A DNA stretch of 64,000 nt from an uncultured Thermoleophilia bacterium (GTDB lineage: Bacteria > Actinomycetota > Thermoleophilia > UBA2241): the NCBI GenBank assembly GCA_963808735.1, contig CAWEHE010000011.1:105607-169606 (forward strand). Reading direction: 5' to 3'. The notes beneath the pieces were generated by a model. The model did not search any database. It was not told the origin of the DNA and saw only the letters and a list, made by a program, of their open reading frames with translations. Positions 1-10,614 of the stretch are shown here, one piece after another (position 1 is the stretch's first letter; every line of letters begins with the position of its first letter). The translations under genes and the position numbers were made by a program.

Positions 1-808
1 TACGGAGCTCGCGGCAGTGGCAGTCGTCGCCGGGAGGCAGGGCCGCAAGAGCGTCCAGCAGGACGCGGCCCATGAGCCCGGCGTCCTCACGGAAGATCTG
101 GGCGAGCACATCGTGCTCCCACTCCTGGACGACGCCCTCTCCGTAGTTGACGATGAGGTAGATGCCCGCGTAGCAGGCGCCGATGTCGCGAGCCAGCCAC
201 ACCTCGGGGCAGAAGCTCTGGCCGACGACGTCGCCCAGCGTCTGCAGAAAGCGGACCTCGGCCGGGGACTCGAAGCGCGGCCCCTCCGTCACCACGTAGG
301 TGCCGCGCGTGAAGAGTCGGCGCTCGGGAGCCAGACGCCTGGCGGCGCCCACGAGGGCCTCACGCCCGCCGGCGCACACGGCGTCGCGCATGATCAGCAG
401 GTGATCGCCGGCGACGACGCCGTAGCGGTCGCGATCGGTCGTCATGTCCACGAAGTCGTCGACGACCACGAGGTCGCCGGGGTCGAGCAGGTGGTCGAGG
501 CTGCCGACGCCGGCGTCCGAGAGTATCCGTCTCACGCCGGCGCGATGCAGCACGCTGAACACCTGGCGCGAGGCGCGCCCGCGAGAGACGCCCTTGCGCC
601 AGCCGTGCATCTTCACGTGCAGGGCGCGCTGCCCGCCGAGCTCGAAGAGCGTGAACGGCGGGCTCTCGCCCCATGGGGTCTCGAAGACGAGGTCCGTCTC
701 GAGCACCCGGGCGTCCGCGTGGAGGTCGCCGGGGAAGTCCGCGGCAAGTGACCCCGAGCCGCCGATGACGGCGCGCGAAGCGGAGGGCACGGCGGCCGAA
801 GCGCTCAC
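1..808 (-). CDS. MTAP/purine nucleoside phosphorylase family protein, 3' end runs off the window
   Basis: Absent from the ORF track. Manual translation from GTG 808 (overlapping the upstream stop, GTGA) gives AVIGGSG, ETPWGES, AGVGSL, PGDLVVVDDFVD, GTYVVTEGPRFESPAE, DVVGQSFCPEVWLARDIGACYA, all typical of the MTAP family. Confidence 0.85.
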   Translation of the reverse strand, partial: MSASAAVPSASRAVIGGSGSLAADFPGDLHADARVLETDLVFETPWGESPPFTLFELGGQRALHVKMHGWRKGVSRGRASRQVFSVLHRAGVRRILSDAGVGSLDHLLDPGDLVVVDDFVDMTTDRDRYGVVAGDHLLIMRDAVCAGGREALVGAARRLAPERRLFTRGTYVVTEGPRFESPAEVRFLQTLGDVVGQSFCPEVWLARDIGACYAGIYLIVNYGEGVVQEWEHDVLAQIFREDAGLMGRVLLDALAALPPGDDCHCRELR

Positions 809-1590
809 AGACTCGTCAACTCCGGCGTGACCCGCAGCACGAGCAGCTGCACATGGTCGCCGTTGTCGGAGGTGTACTGGCTGAGCGCCTGCTCGAGCGA
901 GGCGGGGAAGCCGCGCAGCGTGCCCAGGACAGAAGTCCCTCGCTGCACCGCGTCGCCGATCTCGACCGCAGGCTCCGCGATGTGGGTCATGACCAGCAGC
1001 AACGAGGGATCAGCGGTCATCTGGATGTCGATCTCGACGTCATCGTGGCGGCCGAGGATGCTGTAGTCCTTGATCGCCGTGACCTTGCCATCCACGGGCG
1101 AGAGGACCGGCGAACCGGGGACCGCACCGACGTCGAGGCCGGCTGTGGACGACGACGCCTCGCCGCCCGTGCCGCCCATGAGGTAATACTGCACGCCCCC
1201 GCCCCCAGCGAAGATGTCGGCGAGCTTCTGGCCGAGATCGCCCCCGCCGAGCCGATCGCCCACCGGGGTGAACGGCACCGTGCCGCTGTTGTCCACCGGG
1301 TGGAACGCCACCGCCGTCGTCGCTTGCCGCGCCACGGGGAGCAGGACGTCGACGTCGGCGACGCGCGCGACCACGACGGCCTCGCCTGAGTCCGCGGCGC
1401 TGCCGAAGGTCGGCTCGGCGGCCGCGGCGGGCACCTGCGCCGGCGTCTGGCCGGGGAGGGCGTACGCGACCCACACCGCGAGAGAGGTGAGGGCCACGAG
1501 TGCGACCAGCGCGACCACACGCCGGCGGCGAATCTGATGGCGACGACGGGCGTACCGCCCGCGTCGCTGATTGGCCGGGCTTGTGTGCAT
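805..1590 (-). CDS. Membrane-anchored M23 peptidase-like protein with degenerate metal ligands
   Basis: Arg-rich N-terminus plus one TM helix, then GLDVGAVPGSPVLSPVDGKV...MTHI...VEIGDAVQRG, matching the M23 fold pattern. Start moved to ATG 1590. Confidence 0.65.
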   Translation of the reverse strand: MHTSPANQRRGRYARRRHQIRRRRVVALVALVALTSLAVWVAYALPGQTPAQVPAAAAEPTFGSAADSGEAVVVARVADVDVLLPVARQATTAVAFHPVDNSGTVPFTPVGDRLGGGDLGQKLADIFAGGGGVQYYLMGGTGGEASSSTAGLDVGAVPGSPVLSPVDGKVTAIKDYSILGRHDDVEIDIQMTADPSLLLVMTHIAEPAVEIGDAVQRGTSVLGTLRGFPASLEQALSQYTSDNGDHVQLLVLRVTPELTSL

Positions 1591-1821
1591 GTCGCACGCC
1601 AAGCTACAACGGCCGCAGGCACGCCGCAAGCCGCGCGCCGTCGGCCGGACGGCCCGGGAGGTTCTCGCTCCGAGCGGCGGCACGTTGCCAGCTCTGGCGA
1701 AGGATAGTGCGCTCCGACCGCTCATCTCCACCCCGATCACGCCGATACCAGTGGCGTGAGGGACCGCAGAGGGGCGGTCCGCAACTGATCCCGAACGCAT
1801 CGCGGGCCTCGGGGGTGAGCC

Positions 1822-2343
1822 ATGAAGAGACCGATCGTCATCATCCTGATCGCCGTCGTGTGCACCTTGTCACTCGCCGCGCCGGCGCTTGCGTCCACCT
1901 CACTCAACAGCTACGAGAAGCAGGTCCTTGCGCTCGTGAACAAGCAGCGCGCCAAGCACAACCTGGCCAAGCTCTGGGTGAACACGAAGCTCGTGAACGC
2001 GGCGCGGGCCCACTCCGCCGAGATGGGCGAGAAGAAGTACTTCAGCCACGACTCGCCCACCGGAGAGACGTGGTCCACGCGCATCGTCCGCTACGGGTAC
2101 ACGAAGTCGGGCTACAGGTACTGGAAGGCCGGAGAGAACATCTACTACGGCTCCGGGCTGTACTCGAGCCCCACCGCCGTCGTCAAGGCGTGGATGGCTT
2201 CCAAGCCTCACCGTGCCGTCATCCTCACCAAGGTCTTCCGCAACATCGGCATCGGGGCCGTGAATACGGATACCGGCTACGCCAAGTGCGATGGCACCGT
2301 GTGGTTCTTCACGCTCGACCTCGGACGACGGATCGCGCAGTAG
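1822..2343 (+). CDS. Secreted CAP/SCP-domain protein
   Basis: Signal peptide; LALVNKQR, AARAHSAEM, FSHDSP, AGENI, WMASKPHRAVIL, IGIG motifs. Confidence 0.9.
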   Translation: MKRPIVIILIAVVCTLSLAAPALASTSLNSYEKQVLALVNKQRAKHNLAKLWVNTKLVNAARAHSAEMGEKKYFSHDSPTGETWSTRIVRYGYTKSGYRYWKAGENIYYGSGLYSSPTAVVKAWMASKPHRAVILTKVFRNIGIGAVNTDTGYAKCDGTVWFFTLDLGRRIAQ

Positions 2344-2372
2344 AGGCCGCAGGCACAGAGGGTTGAGCGGCG

Positions 2373-2394
2373 GGGGCGCGCAAGCGCCCCTTCT
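2373..2394 (+). terminator. Putative intrinsic terminator hairpin
   Basis: GGGGCGC-GCAA-GCGCCCC (GNRA loop) followed by TTCT, 30 nt after the CAP gene stop. Confidence 0.5.
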
Positions 2395-2452
2395 GCGTTG
2401 CGGGACGCCCTGCGGGCGAGGGCGTCGCCGGCGGGCGGAGTAGGATGCAGCG

Positions 2453-4768
2453 GTGGACCACGACGCCGGCATGACTTCCCAGGCGGCCGCCAGGCTGCGC
2501 GCATTCTTCACCGGCGGCGGTCACGAGCAGATCGTGGCCGTGGCGCACGAGGCGGCGCGGCGAGGCCGCGACGCCGAGTTGCCGGAGGACCTGCCGGCCG
2601 CGCTGCGCGAAGCGCTCCTCGCGGCCGGCGTGCCCTCGCTGTACGGTCATCAGGTCGCCGCCCGGGACGCGCTGGCGGCCGGCGACAACGTCGTCGTGAG
2701 CACCGGCACGGCCAGCGGCAAGAGCCTCTGCTACCAGCTCGCCGTCCTCGAGGCGTTCGCCGCCGAGCCGCAGGCGCGCGCGCTCTTCCTCTTCCCCACC
2801 AAGGCGCTCGCCCAGGACCAGGCGCGCAAGCTCGCCCGGCTCCGCATCCCCGGCATCGTCCCGGCGATCTACGACGGAGACACGCCAAAGGACCAGCGCG
2901 CCCTTCTGCGACGCACGGCGACGATCCTCCTCACCAACCCCGACATGCTGCACCTGGGCATCCTCCCCGCGCACGAACGATGGGCGGAGTTCCTCCACCA
3001 GCTCCGCTTCGTCGTGCTCGATGAGGCGCACGTCTACCGTGGCGTCTTCGGCAGCCACGTGGCTCAGGTGGTGCGGCGCCTGCGGAGGCTGTGTGCGCAG
3101 TACGGCGCCGACCCCCGGTTCGTACTCACGTCGGCGACGATCGCCAAGCCGGAGACCTTCGCCGAGCGCCTCGTCGGCGTTCCCTTCACCGTCATCGACG
3201 AAGATCAGGCGCCGCGCCCGGAGCGCACGGTCGTGCTCTGGAACCCGCCGCTCGACGACCCGGCGGCGGGCACGCGCCGGAGCGCGCTCGCGGAGACGAG
3301 CTACGTCACGGCGGAGAGCCTGCTCGCCGGGGCGCGTGTGATCGCCTTCGCACCCACGCGCAAGGCGGCGGAGCTCGTGTACGGGCACGTCCGCCGCCGC
3401 CTCGAGGACCGCGGCAAGCGCGGCGCGGCCGAGCGCGTGCAGCCGTACCGCGCCGGCTACACGCCCGAGCAGCGCCGCGACATCGAGCGTCGCCTCTTCG
3501 CACACCAGCTCGATGCCGTGATCGCCACGCAGGCGCTCGAGCTCGGCATCGACGTCGGCAGCCTCGACGTGGCGATCGTGACCGGCTTCCCCGGCACGAT
3601 CACCAGCCTGCGCCAGCGTTGGGGGCGGGCGGGCCGGTCCGGGCACGGCTACGCCGTGCTGGTCGCCGGCCAGGACGCCCTCGACCAGTACTTCATGCGC
3701 GAGCCGGACCGCCTCCTCGGACGCAGCGTGGAGGAGGCGATCATCGACCTGCACAACCCGCACATCAGCGGACCACACCTCGAGGCGGCCGCCTACGAGC
3801 GCGCGCTCACCTCGGCCGACGAACAGTACTTCGGGGAGCAGGGCCTTCTGCAGGCGGAGCGACTGGCGCAGAGCGGCCGGCTGCGGCGGCGCAAGGACGG
3901 CCTGGTCTGGGCCAGGCCGTACTCCCCCGCCGCCGGCATCGGCCTGCGGACCGCGAGCAACGAGCAGTTCGCCATCGTCGAGGGGCGCCAGGGCGAGGTC
4001 ATCGGCACCGTGGAGCGCGAGCGCGTGTTCCGCTTCTGCCATCCCGGCGCCGTGTACCTGCACCTCGGCAAGAGCTACCTCGTGCAGCACCTCGATCTCG
4101 AGGACCGCGTCGTCATGATCGACGACTTCGACGGCGGCTACTACACCCAGGCGAAGACCGACAAGAACGTGGCCGTCGCCGGACAGGCGGGCTCGCGGGA
4201 ACTCGCCGGCGGCGTCCTCTTCGCCGGCGACCTCGAGGTCACCGAGCAGGTGATCGCCTATCAGCGCCGCGACATGACCGACGGTCACATCATGGATACG
4301 ACGACGCTCGACCTGCCGCAGCAGACCTTCACGACACAGGCCTTCTGGCTCGCCGTCCCCCAGCCGGTGCTCGACCGCGCACTGTCCGGCATCGCCGGGA
4401 GCGACGAGCCTGCCGCCCCCGGAGCGCTCCACGCCGCCGAGCACGCGCTGATCGCCCTTCTCCCGCTGTACGCGATGTGCGACCGCTGGGACATCGGCGG
4501 CCTCAGCACGCCGTGGCACTGGCAGACCGACGCGGCGAGCATCTTCGTGTATGACGGGTACCCCGGCGGGATCGGCCTGTCGCGCCGGGGCTACGACGCC
4601 TTCGAGAACCTCGCCGGCGACGCGCGCATGCTGATCGCCGAGTGCCCCTGCGAGAGCGGCTGCCCCTCGTGCGTCCAGAGCCCCAAGTGCGGCAACCTCA
4701 ACGAGCCGCTCAGCAAGCACGGCGCCGTGGCGCTGCTCGACGCCGTGATCGCGACCGCACCAAGCTGA
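2453..4768 (+). CDS. DEAH-box helicase with C-terminal DUF1998 (MrfA/SftH/Hrq1 family)
   Basis: TASGKS, PTKALAQDQ, DEAH, SAT, QRWGRAGR and a C-terminal CPCESGCPSC cluster. TAGGAT at 2441-2446 just before the GTG suggests a leaderless start. Confidence 0.92.
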   Translation: MDHDAGMTSQAAARLRAFFTGGGHEQIVAVAHEAARRGRDAELPEDLPAALREALLAAGVPSLYGHQVAARDALAAGDNVVVSTGTASGKSLCYQLAVLEAFAAEPQARALFLFPTKALAQDQARKLARLRIPGIVPAIYDGDTPKDQRALLRRTATILLTNPDMLHLGILPAHERWAEFLHQLRFVVLDEAHVYRGVFGSHVAQVVRRLRRLCAQYGADPRFVLTSATIAKPETFAERLVGVPFTVIDEDQAPRPERTVVLWNPPLDDPAAGTRRSALAETSYVTAESLLAGARVIAFAPTRKAAELVYGHVRRRLEDRGKRGAAERVQPYRAGYTPEQRRDIERRLFAHQLDAVIATQALELGIDVGSLDVAIVTGFPGTITSLRQRWGRAGRSGHGYAVLVAGQDALDQYFMREPDRLLGRSVEEAIIDLHNPHISGPHLEAAAYERALTSADEQYFGEQGLLQAERLAQSGRLRRRKDGLVWARPYSPAAGIGLRTASNEQFAIVEGRQGEVIGTVERERVFRFCHPGAVYLHLGKSYLVQHLDLEDRVVMIDDFDGGYYTQAKTDKNVAVAGQAGSRELAGGVLFAGDLEVTEQVIAYQRRDMTDGHIMDTTTLDLPQQTFTTQAFWLAVPQPVLDRALSGIAGSDEPAAPGALHAAEHALIALLPLYAMCDRWDIGGLSTPWHWQTDAASIFVYDGYPGGIGLSRRGYDAFENLAGDARMLIAECPCESGCPSCVQSPKCGNLNEPLSKHGAVALLDAVIATAPS

Positions 4769-4897
4769 CACCTGCCCGAGCGACCGTCCACCCGGCCTCT
4801 CTCGACGGCCTTCTGCCGCACCCGGCCGGCGTGCGGCGCTGCGCAGGCGGGCCCCGCTGCGATAGGCTCCCCCCACGACACGGACGGGAGGGTCGCC

Positions 4898-5494
4898 ATA
4901 TCCGACCAGACTCACATCGAGACGCTGGACCCCGCCGACATCGAGCAGGTCGGCCATCTGTGGAAGCAGCTCATCGACCACGTCGCCGCGCTGCCCGACG
5001 CCCTGGTCCCGGTGCGACCCGCCGACGAGTCGTGGGAGCTGGAGCGCAAGGAGATGCTCAAGGCGCTGGCCGACGAAGCCTTCGTGCTCGTGGCGCGCCG
5101 GGGCGGCGTCATCTCCGGATACGCCTTCGTCTGTGTCGAAGGCCCGGACCCTGTCTGGTACACGGGCGACAAGCACGCCGTGCTGGCACACCTTTGCGTG
5201 GACGAGGCCGAGCGCGGCAACGGCCTCGGCCGCCTGCTGCTCGACGCCATGGACGCCGAGCTCGAGCGACGCGGGATCGAGGACGTCGAGATCGGCGTCG
5301 ACACGGGCAACGACGCCGCGACCCGTCTGTACGAGAGTCGCGGCTACCGGGCCGACTTCCGGATCTTCTACGGCTCGCCCGGCGGCAAGCCCTGGGCCTG
5401 CCTGCGGCGCGAGGACGAGGACCGGCGGGCCGGGCGCGGGCGCTTCGCACCGGCGGGCCGGGCACCCGGCGGCGGCGACACGACCGGCAGCTGA
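4898..5494 (+). CDS. GNAT acetyltransferase, probable ATA start
   Basis: LCVDEAERGNGLGRLLL and ATRLYESRGY motifs. The frame is open upstream of GTG 5012 to an ATA at 4898 preceded by GGAGGG. Confidence 0.8.
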   Translation: MSDQTHIETLDPADIEQVGHLWKQLIDHVAALPDALVPVRPADESWELERKEMLKALADEAFVLVARRGGVISGYAFVCVEGPDPVWYTGDKHAVLAHLCVDEAERGNGLGRLLLDAMDAELERRGIEDVEIGVDTGNDAATRLYESRGYRADFRIFYGSPGGKPWACLRREDEDRRAGRGRFAPAGRAPGGGDTTGS

Positions 5495-5499
5495 CGACC

Positions 5500-6027
5500 G
5501 TGCCGGCAGCGCCCCCCGAGCCCGTCATCGAGCATATGGACCCGGCGTGCCTCGACGAGCTCGAGCCGCTCTGGCGCGCCCTCGTCGCGCGGCACGCGGA
5601 GGTCTGGCACCTGTTGCCGATGCGCAGCGCCGAGGAGACCTGGGAGCGGCGACGTCGCCAGTATGAAGGCTGGCTCGCCGACGAGGGTTCCTTCGTCCTG
5701 GTCGCGAGCCGCGGAGGCACGCCGATCGGCTACATCCTCGTCGACATCTCGGACGGCGACGAGACCTACCTGACCGGCGAGCGCATGGCGCGGATCGAGA
5801 CGCTCGTGGTGGCAGAGGGCGAGCGAGACGCCGGACTGGGCGGCCGCCTCTTCGACGCCGCGATGCTAGAACTCGAGCACCTCGGCGTCGACGACCTCCT
5901 CGTGGGGCACATGCACGACAACGAGTCCGCGCGCCGGTTCTACGAGCGGCGCGGCTTCACCCCGTTCGTGCACCTGCTGTACGCGAAGCGTGCGGGCGCG
6001 GAGCCGGACGCCAGGGAGGGCACATGA
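5500..6027 (+). CDS. GNAT acetyltransferase, paralogue of the upstream gene
   Basis: LVVAEGERDAGLGGRL and ARRFYERRGF; this is the C-terminal part of track ORF 4642..6027. Confidence 0.8.
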   Translation: MPAAPPEPVIEHMDPACLDELEPLWRALVARHAEVWHLLPMRSAEETWERRRRQYEGWLADEGSFVLVASRGGTPIGYILVDISDGDETYLTGERMARIETLVVAEGERDAGLGGRLFDAAMLELEHLGVDDLLVGHMHDNESARRFYERRGFTPFVHLLYAKRAGAEPDAREGT

Positions 6028-6505
6028 ACGATCCGAAGTACGTCAGCGTCATCGGCGCCAGCCGGGCGACGCCGGAGCTGGCGGCGAAGGCCGAGGCGCT
6101 CGGCGAGTTGCTCGCCGAGCGCGGCTGCGTCGTGGTCTGCGGCGGACGCTAGCGGCGTGATGGAGGCGGTAGCGCGCGGCGTGAAGAGGAAGCGGCGGCG
6201 TCTCGATCGGCATCCTGCCGGAGGCCGATCGCCTTCGCGCCGCCCCCGACCTCACGTACACCGTGTGCAGCGCCATGGGCTACGCGCGCAACCTCAGCGT
6301 GGTGGCCAGCGGCGACGTGGTGATCGCTGTAGGCGGAGCCTGGGGAACGCTCAGCGAGATCGCGCTGGCGCGCAACGTGGAGAAGCCGGTGATCCTGCTG
6401 GACACCTGGAGCGTGACGCCGCCCGAGGGCGGCGAGCTCGACGGGGTGCGGCGGGCGGCGACGCCCGCCGAGGCCGTCGAGCTCGCCCTCGCAGATCTCG
6501 ACTGA
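6024..6505 (+). CDS. TIGR00725/LOG-like family protein, two frameshifts (near 6150 and 6190)
   Basis: Pieces join as VSVIGAS...VVVCGG / GVMEAVARG / GGVSIGILP...MGYARN...VIAVGGAWGTLSEIALA. Confidence 0.8.
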
Positions 6506-6640
6506 CGCGGCCGGCGGCGGGGCTCGCTCCACTCGGCGATCGTCCACCCCTGGACCGCCGGGTCGAGCCCAAACGCAGCCCTCCCGCTGTTATAGTTGCC
6601 GCTCCCTGACGGAGGCGGGCTGCGTCAAACGGGAGATCGG

Positions 6641-9483
6641 GTGCGGAACGAAGGCGCGAGACAGGTGGCGATCGAGGCCAAGTACATCCGGCCGCGGCAC
6701 GACCGCGCCAGCCTCCGGCCGGACGTGCGCGGGGCCTACGCCGCCGCGCTCACGCACCGGCTCACCGTCGTCTGCGCGCCCGCCGGCTACGGCAAGACCA
6801 CCTCCACGGCCGCCGTGCTCGAGCGATTCGGCTACAGGACCTCCTGGTACAAGCTCGACCTGCTCGACCACGACCCCCTCGCCTTTCTCGCAGGACTGGT
6901 GCGCGCGCTGCAGCGCCCCTGCCCAGGCTTTGGGGAAGCTCTCCTGCTGGAGCTCGAATCCGGGCCGGTCCGGGACCTGCCCGCCGCCGTCCTGGCCGCC
7001 CGATTCTGCTCAGAATGCGATCGCCTCGTGACTGAAGACCACCACGTCGTCCTCGACGACTACCACGAGGCGATGGACTCGGCGGCGATGAACGATGTGC
7101 TGGGCTATCTGCTGGAGAACTGCCCGGCCACCATCCACTTCGTCGTCCTGACGCGCTACGAGCCGGCCTTCAGGCTCGAGAAGCTCCACCTCGGCGGCGA
7201 GGTCGCGCGCATCCCTCGTGATCTCCTCCTCTTCGACGCCGGACAAGCCGCGGACGTGCTGCATGAGCGCTCCGGAGAGGACCACGACCCCGCGCACATC
7301 CGGAGGCTGCTCGAGCTCACGGAGGGATGGCCGGCGAGCGTCGTGCTCGCAGGGATGGCGCTCTCCTGGCTCGACGCCGCGTCGCTCGGAGACGCGCTCA
7401 GCGATCCGCGGCTGAGGTCCGACGTCTTCTCCTACCTCGCCGAGCAGGTCCTGCAGCGCCAGGAAGCGGAAGTGCAGCAGTTCCTCCTGCGTACCTGCTG
7501 CCCCGAGCACGTGACGGTGGAGTTGGCCGAACAGCTGACGGGAGCGAGCGGCGCCTCCCGCCACCTCCACTTCCTCGCCCGCAACCACATCTTCACCTTC
7601 GACACCGACAGGGCCGGGACGTACCGCTACCACAACCTTCTACGCGACTTCCTGCGCCAGCGTGTCGTCCAGGATCAGGGAGAGGCGGCATACCACGTCC
7701 TGCAGCTGGACACCGCGATCGCGCTGGAGGATTGCGGGGACCGGCCCGGCGCCATCGAGCTGCTCCTTGGGTCGAACGAGCCGGGACTGGCGCTCGAGGT
7801 GGTCGCCCGAGGCGGCGAAGCCGAGCTGGAGCGCCGCCCCTCCGAGCAGTTGCGCCTCTGGGTCGCGCAGTTGTCGCCGGCGCTCGAAGCCGGCCGGGCC
7901 TGGGCGCTCGTGGTCGCCGGGGTGCTCGGCGCGCGCGAGAGTCGCTTCTCGGACGCACTCGCCGATCTGCGTCTCGCCGCGGAGGCACTCGAGCACGAGG
8001 GTGACCGCGAGGGCCTCTATCAGGTGCTCTCCATCATGGAGTGGGCGGAGTTCTGGTCGGGCGACTCGTCGGCGAGCATGGCCACCTGCGCCCGCGCCCT
8101 GGAATACGCCGACGCCGACGCCCAACGGCTGCACACGCTGCTCAGCCTGCTCTCCGCAGCCGTCGACATGCGGCGCTGGGACACCGTCGCGAGCGCGTCG
8201 AGCCGGGCAGAAGCACTGTTGCCGCGCGCGAGACCCGAAGAGGCCGCTCGCGCGCAGGCGCTGCGGGCTCACGCGGCCTTCTACCGAGGCGACGTGCGTG
8301 CCGCCCACGACCTGATCCAGCACTGCAGCGATCCTCGCCACACGGCCTCCCAACGGGCGGCGACGCTCAACACGCGAGGAATGATCGAGACCTCGCTGGG
8401 CGAGTACGCATCAGCGGCCGAGCACCTGCGGGAGGCGGCCGAGGCAGCTGCCGGCTTCGGCCATGCCCTGGCCTCCTACATGATCGAGGACAACATAGCT
8501 TCCTGGAGGGGCCGCGCGAGGGCAGTTCGATCCGCATCCTCCCGCGACTGCAGGCCCTGCTGCGAACGAGACGACGCCACCGAACCGACTCTGTTGGCTT
8601 CGTGCTAGTCACCAGGGGACTGCTTCTTCGACGCGCTCGGAGAGCACTGGAGCCAGCCTCTACGCGACCGGACTCGCAGCACAAACGGTATCGTCGAGTC
8701 GAGACCCGTATCTCGCTTTCAACGCGTCCGCTAATCTCGCGCTTCGCCGAGGGCCTTCTCGGGGCGGACCGCGCAGAGCTGCGCTGATCGGAGTCTGTCC
8801 GCTGAGGCGCAGATCCGCTGGGCTGCAGCTTCGTCGAACTCAAGGCTCTCCTGTATGCAGGCATTCTCGCTGCGGCAGCCGGCGCGAGACCCAGGGCCGT
8901 CGAGCTGCTCGAAGAGTGCCTGCCACTTCAGCTCGAGCTCGGCCACATCAACCTGGTCGCCCAGGAGTTGTGTCCTCGCCCCGAGCTCGCGACCCTCGTT
9001 CTCCGGCGGCATCGGAGCAATGGGCTCGGACCGTCCTTGCTCGGGGCGCTCAGCCGGCACCCACGCTTCGGCGAAGCCGCGCCTATCCTCAGGGGCAGCT
9101 GCCAGTCGCAGGTGGGCACGTGGATCGACCACCTCGACGCCGGACGAAGCCCCAGCGTACCGGGCACCGCGGACGCGGCTGCTCCAGCACGGCGGCGGCG
9201 CGAGGCAGCGGGGAGAGCACCAGTCGGCGGTGGCTCTGCGCTCGACGAACTCACCGCACGCGAACGGCAGGTCCTTGAGCTCATGGCCCAGGACAGGACG
9301 AACGATGAGATCGCCGGCGACCTGTTCATCGCGCTCTCGACCGTGAAGACGCACGTCAATCGCGTCCTGAGCAAGCTCGGCCAGACGACCCGTGTGGGCG
9401 CGGTGCTCGAATACCAGCGGCTCCTGGGGGCGACGGGCGACTACCCGAGGTTCGACCCGCCTCGTCTCCACCCAAGGCCGTGA
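6641..9483 (+). CDS. MalT-like STAND ATPase / LuxR-family transcriptional regulator, several frameshifts near 8500-8950
   Basis: APAGYGKTT Walker A, VLDDYH, TEGWPA, YRYHNLLRDFL, a TPR-like region, and a C-terminal LTARERQVLELMAQ...TVKTHVNRVLSKLG HTH. Extended -10 TGTTATAGT near 6588-6596. Confidence 0.85.
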
Positions 9484-9570
9484 CCGGAAATCCACCCTGG
9501 GTATGATTCCGCGTGACGGCGGCGTCGCTAGCCTCTCCTCACGGCAACCGGGTCCACCGAGGAGACAGCG

Positions 9571-10590
9571 ATGGAATCGTCAATCTCAGTCACCTACATC
9601 GAGTCCGCCACCATGAGCCAGCGCAAGCAGACGGTCATCGACATCCTGCGTGACAGCCACGACTTCGTCTCCGGCGAGGCGATCAGCGACGTGCTCGGCA
9701 TCTCGCGCAACGCCGTGCACAAGCACGTCAAGTCCCTGCGCAAGCGCGGCTACCGCATCGTCGGCGTGTCCCGTCGCGGCTACCGCCTCGAAGACGAGCC
9801 CGCGCGGCTCTCGATGGGCCACGTCACGCAGCGCACCGAGAACACCATGTTCGGCCATTCCTTCCGCTATCACGACGAGATCGAGTCCACGAACCTCGAG
9901 GCCAAGACCCTCGCCCGGAAGGGCGCCCCCGAAGGTACGGTTGTGGTAGCCGAGGCGCAGACCGCAGGCCGCGGGCGCCTCGGGCGCCGCTGGACGTCGC
10001 CGGCGGGCAAGGGCCTGCTGTTCTCGGTGCTCCTGCGTCCGTCACTACCGATGAGCGAGGCACCGCTGCTGACCATCGTCGCGGCCACAGCGGCAGCCGA
10101 GGCGATCGAGAAGCACGTCGCGGCGCGCGTCGCCATCAAGTGGCCCAACGATCTCTTCATCGGCGACCGCAAGGCCGGCGGCATCCTCATGGAAGTCTCG
10201 GGCGAGCAGGATGAAGTGGACTGGGTCGTCCTCGGCATCGGCCTGAACGTGAACACCGAGTTCAGCGAGCTCCCGGTCGCGCTGCGGCGCACCGCCACGT
10301 CCCTCAAGATGGCCGGCGGCGAGACGATGGACCGCAGCGAGGTGCTCGCCAGCCTGCTGCTCAGCCTGGAGACGCACTACAAGGCCGCACTGCGCGGCGG
10401 CTTCGACCGCGCCCTCACGGCGTTCCGCGAGCGTGACTACCTCCTGGCCCGGACGATCAGCGTCGAGACGCGACAGGGGGCCGTGGTGGGCGCCGCGGCA
10501 GGCATCGACGACCGCGGCGCGCTCCTCGTCGAACTGCCGCACCGTCGCGTCCGGAGCTTCCACTCCGGCGACGTCACCGTTCGCTCCTGA
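9571..10590 (+). CDS. birA: Bifunctional biotin-protein ligase/repressor
   Basis: N-terminal HTH (SGEAISDVLGISRNAVHKHV), STN, QTAGRGRLGRRW, KWPND, KAGGIL, GIGLN. Confidence 0.95.
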   Translation: MESSISVTYIESATMSQRKQTVIDILRDSHDFVSGEAISDVLGISRNAVHKHVKSLRKRGYRIVGVSRRGYRLEDEPARLSMGHVTQRTENTMFGHSFRYHDEIESTNLEAKTLARKGAPEGTVVVAEAQTAGRGRLGRRWTSPAGKGLLFSVLLRPSLPMSEAPLLTIVAATAAAEAIEKHVAARVAIKWPNDLFIGDRKAGGILMEVSGEQDEVDWVVLGIGLNVNTEFSELPVALRRTATSLKMAGGETMDRSEVLASLLLSLETHYKAALRGGFDRALTAFRERDYLLARTISVETRQGAVVGAAAGIDDRGALLVELPHRRVRSFHSGDVTVRS

Positions 10591-10614
10591 GCCGCCGGCC
10601 CCCGGGTAGGCCGT

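Noticed and set aside
2309-5191. Long antisense ORFs (also 22539..25259, 27081..28889, 39011..41617, 45684..47660, 17..751)
   Set aside because: Shadow frames of well-supported genes, with no recognisable motifs and the biased composition expected of GC-rich antisense frames.
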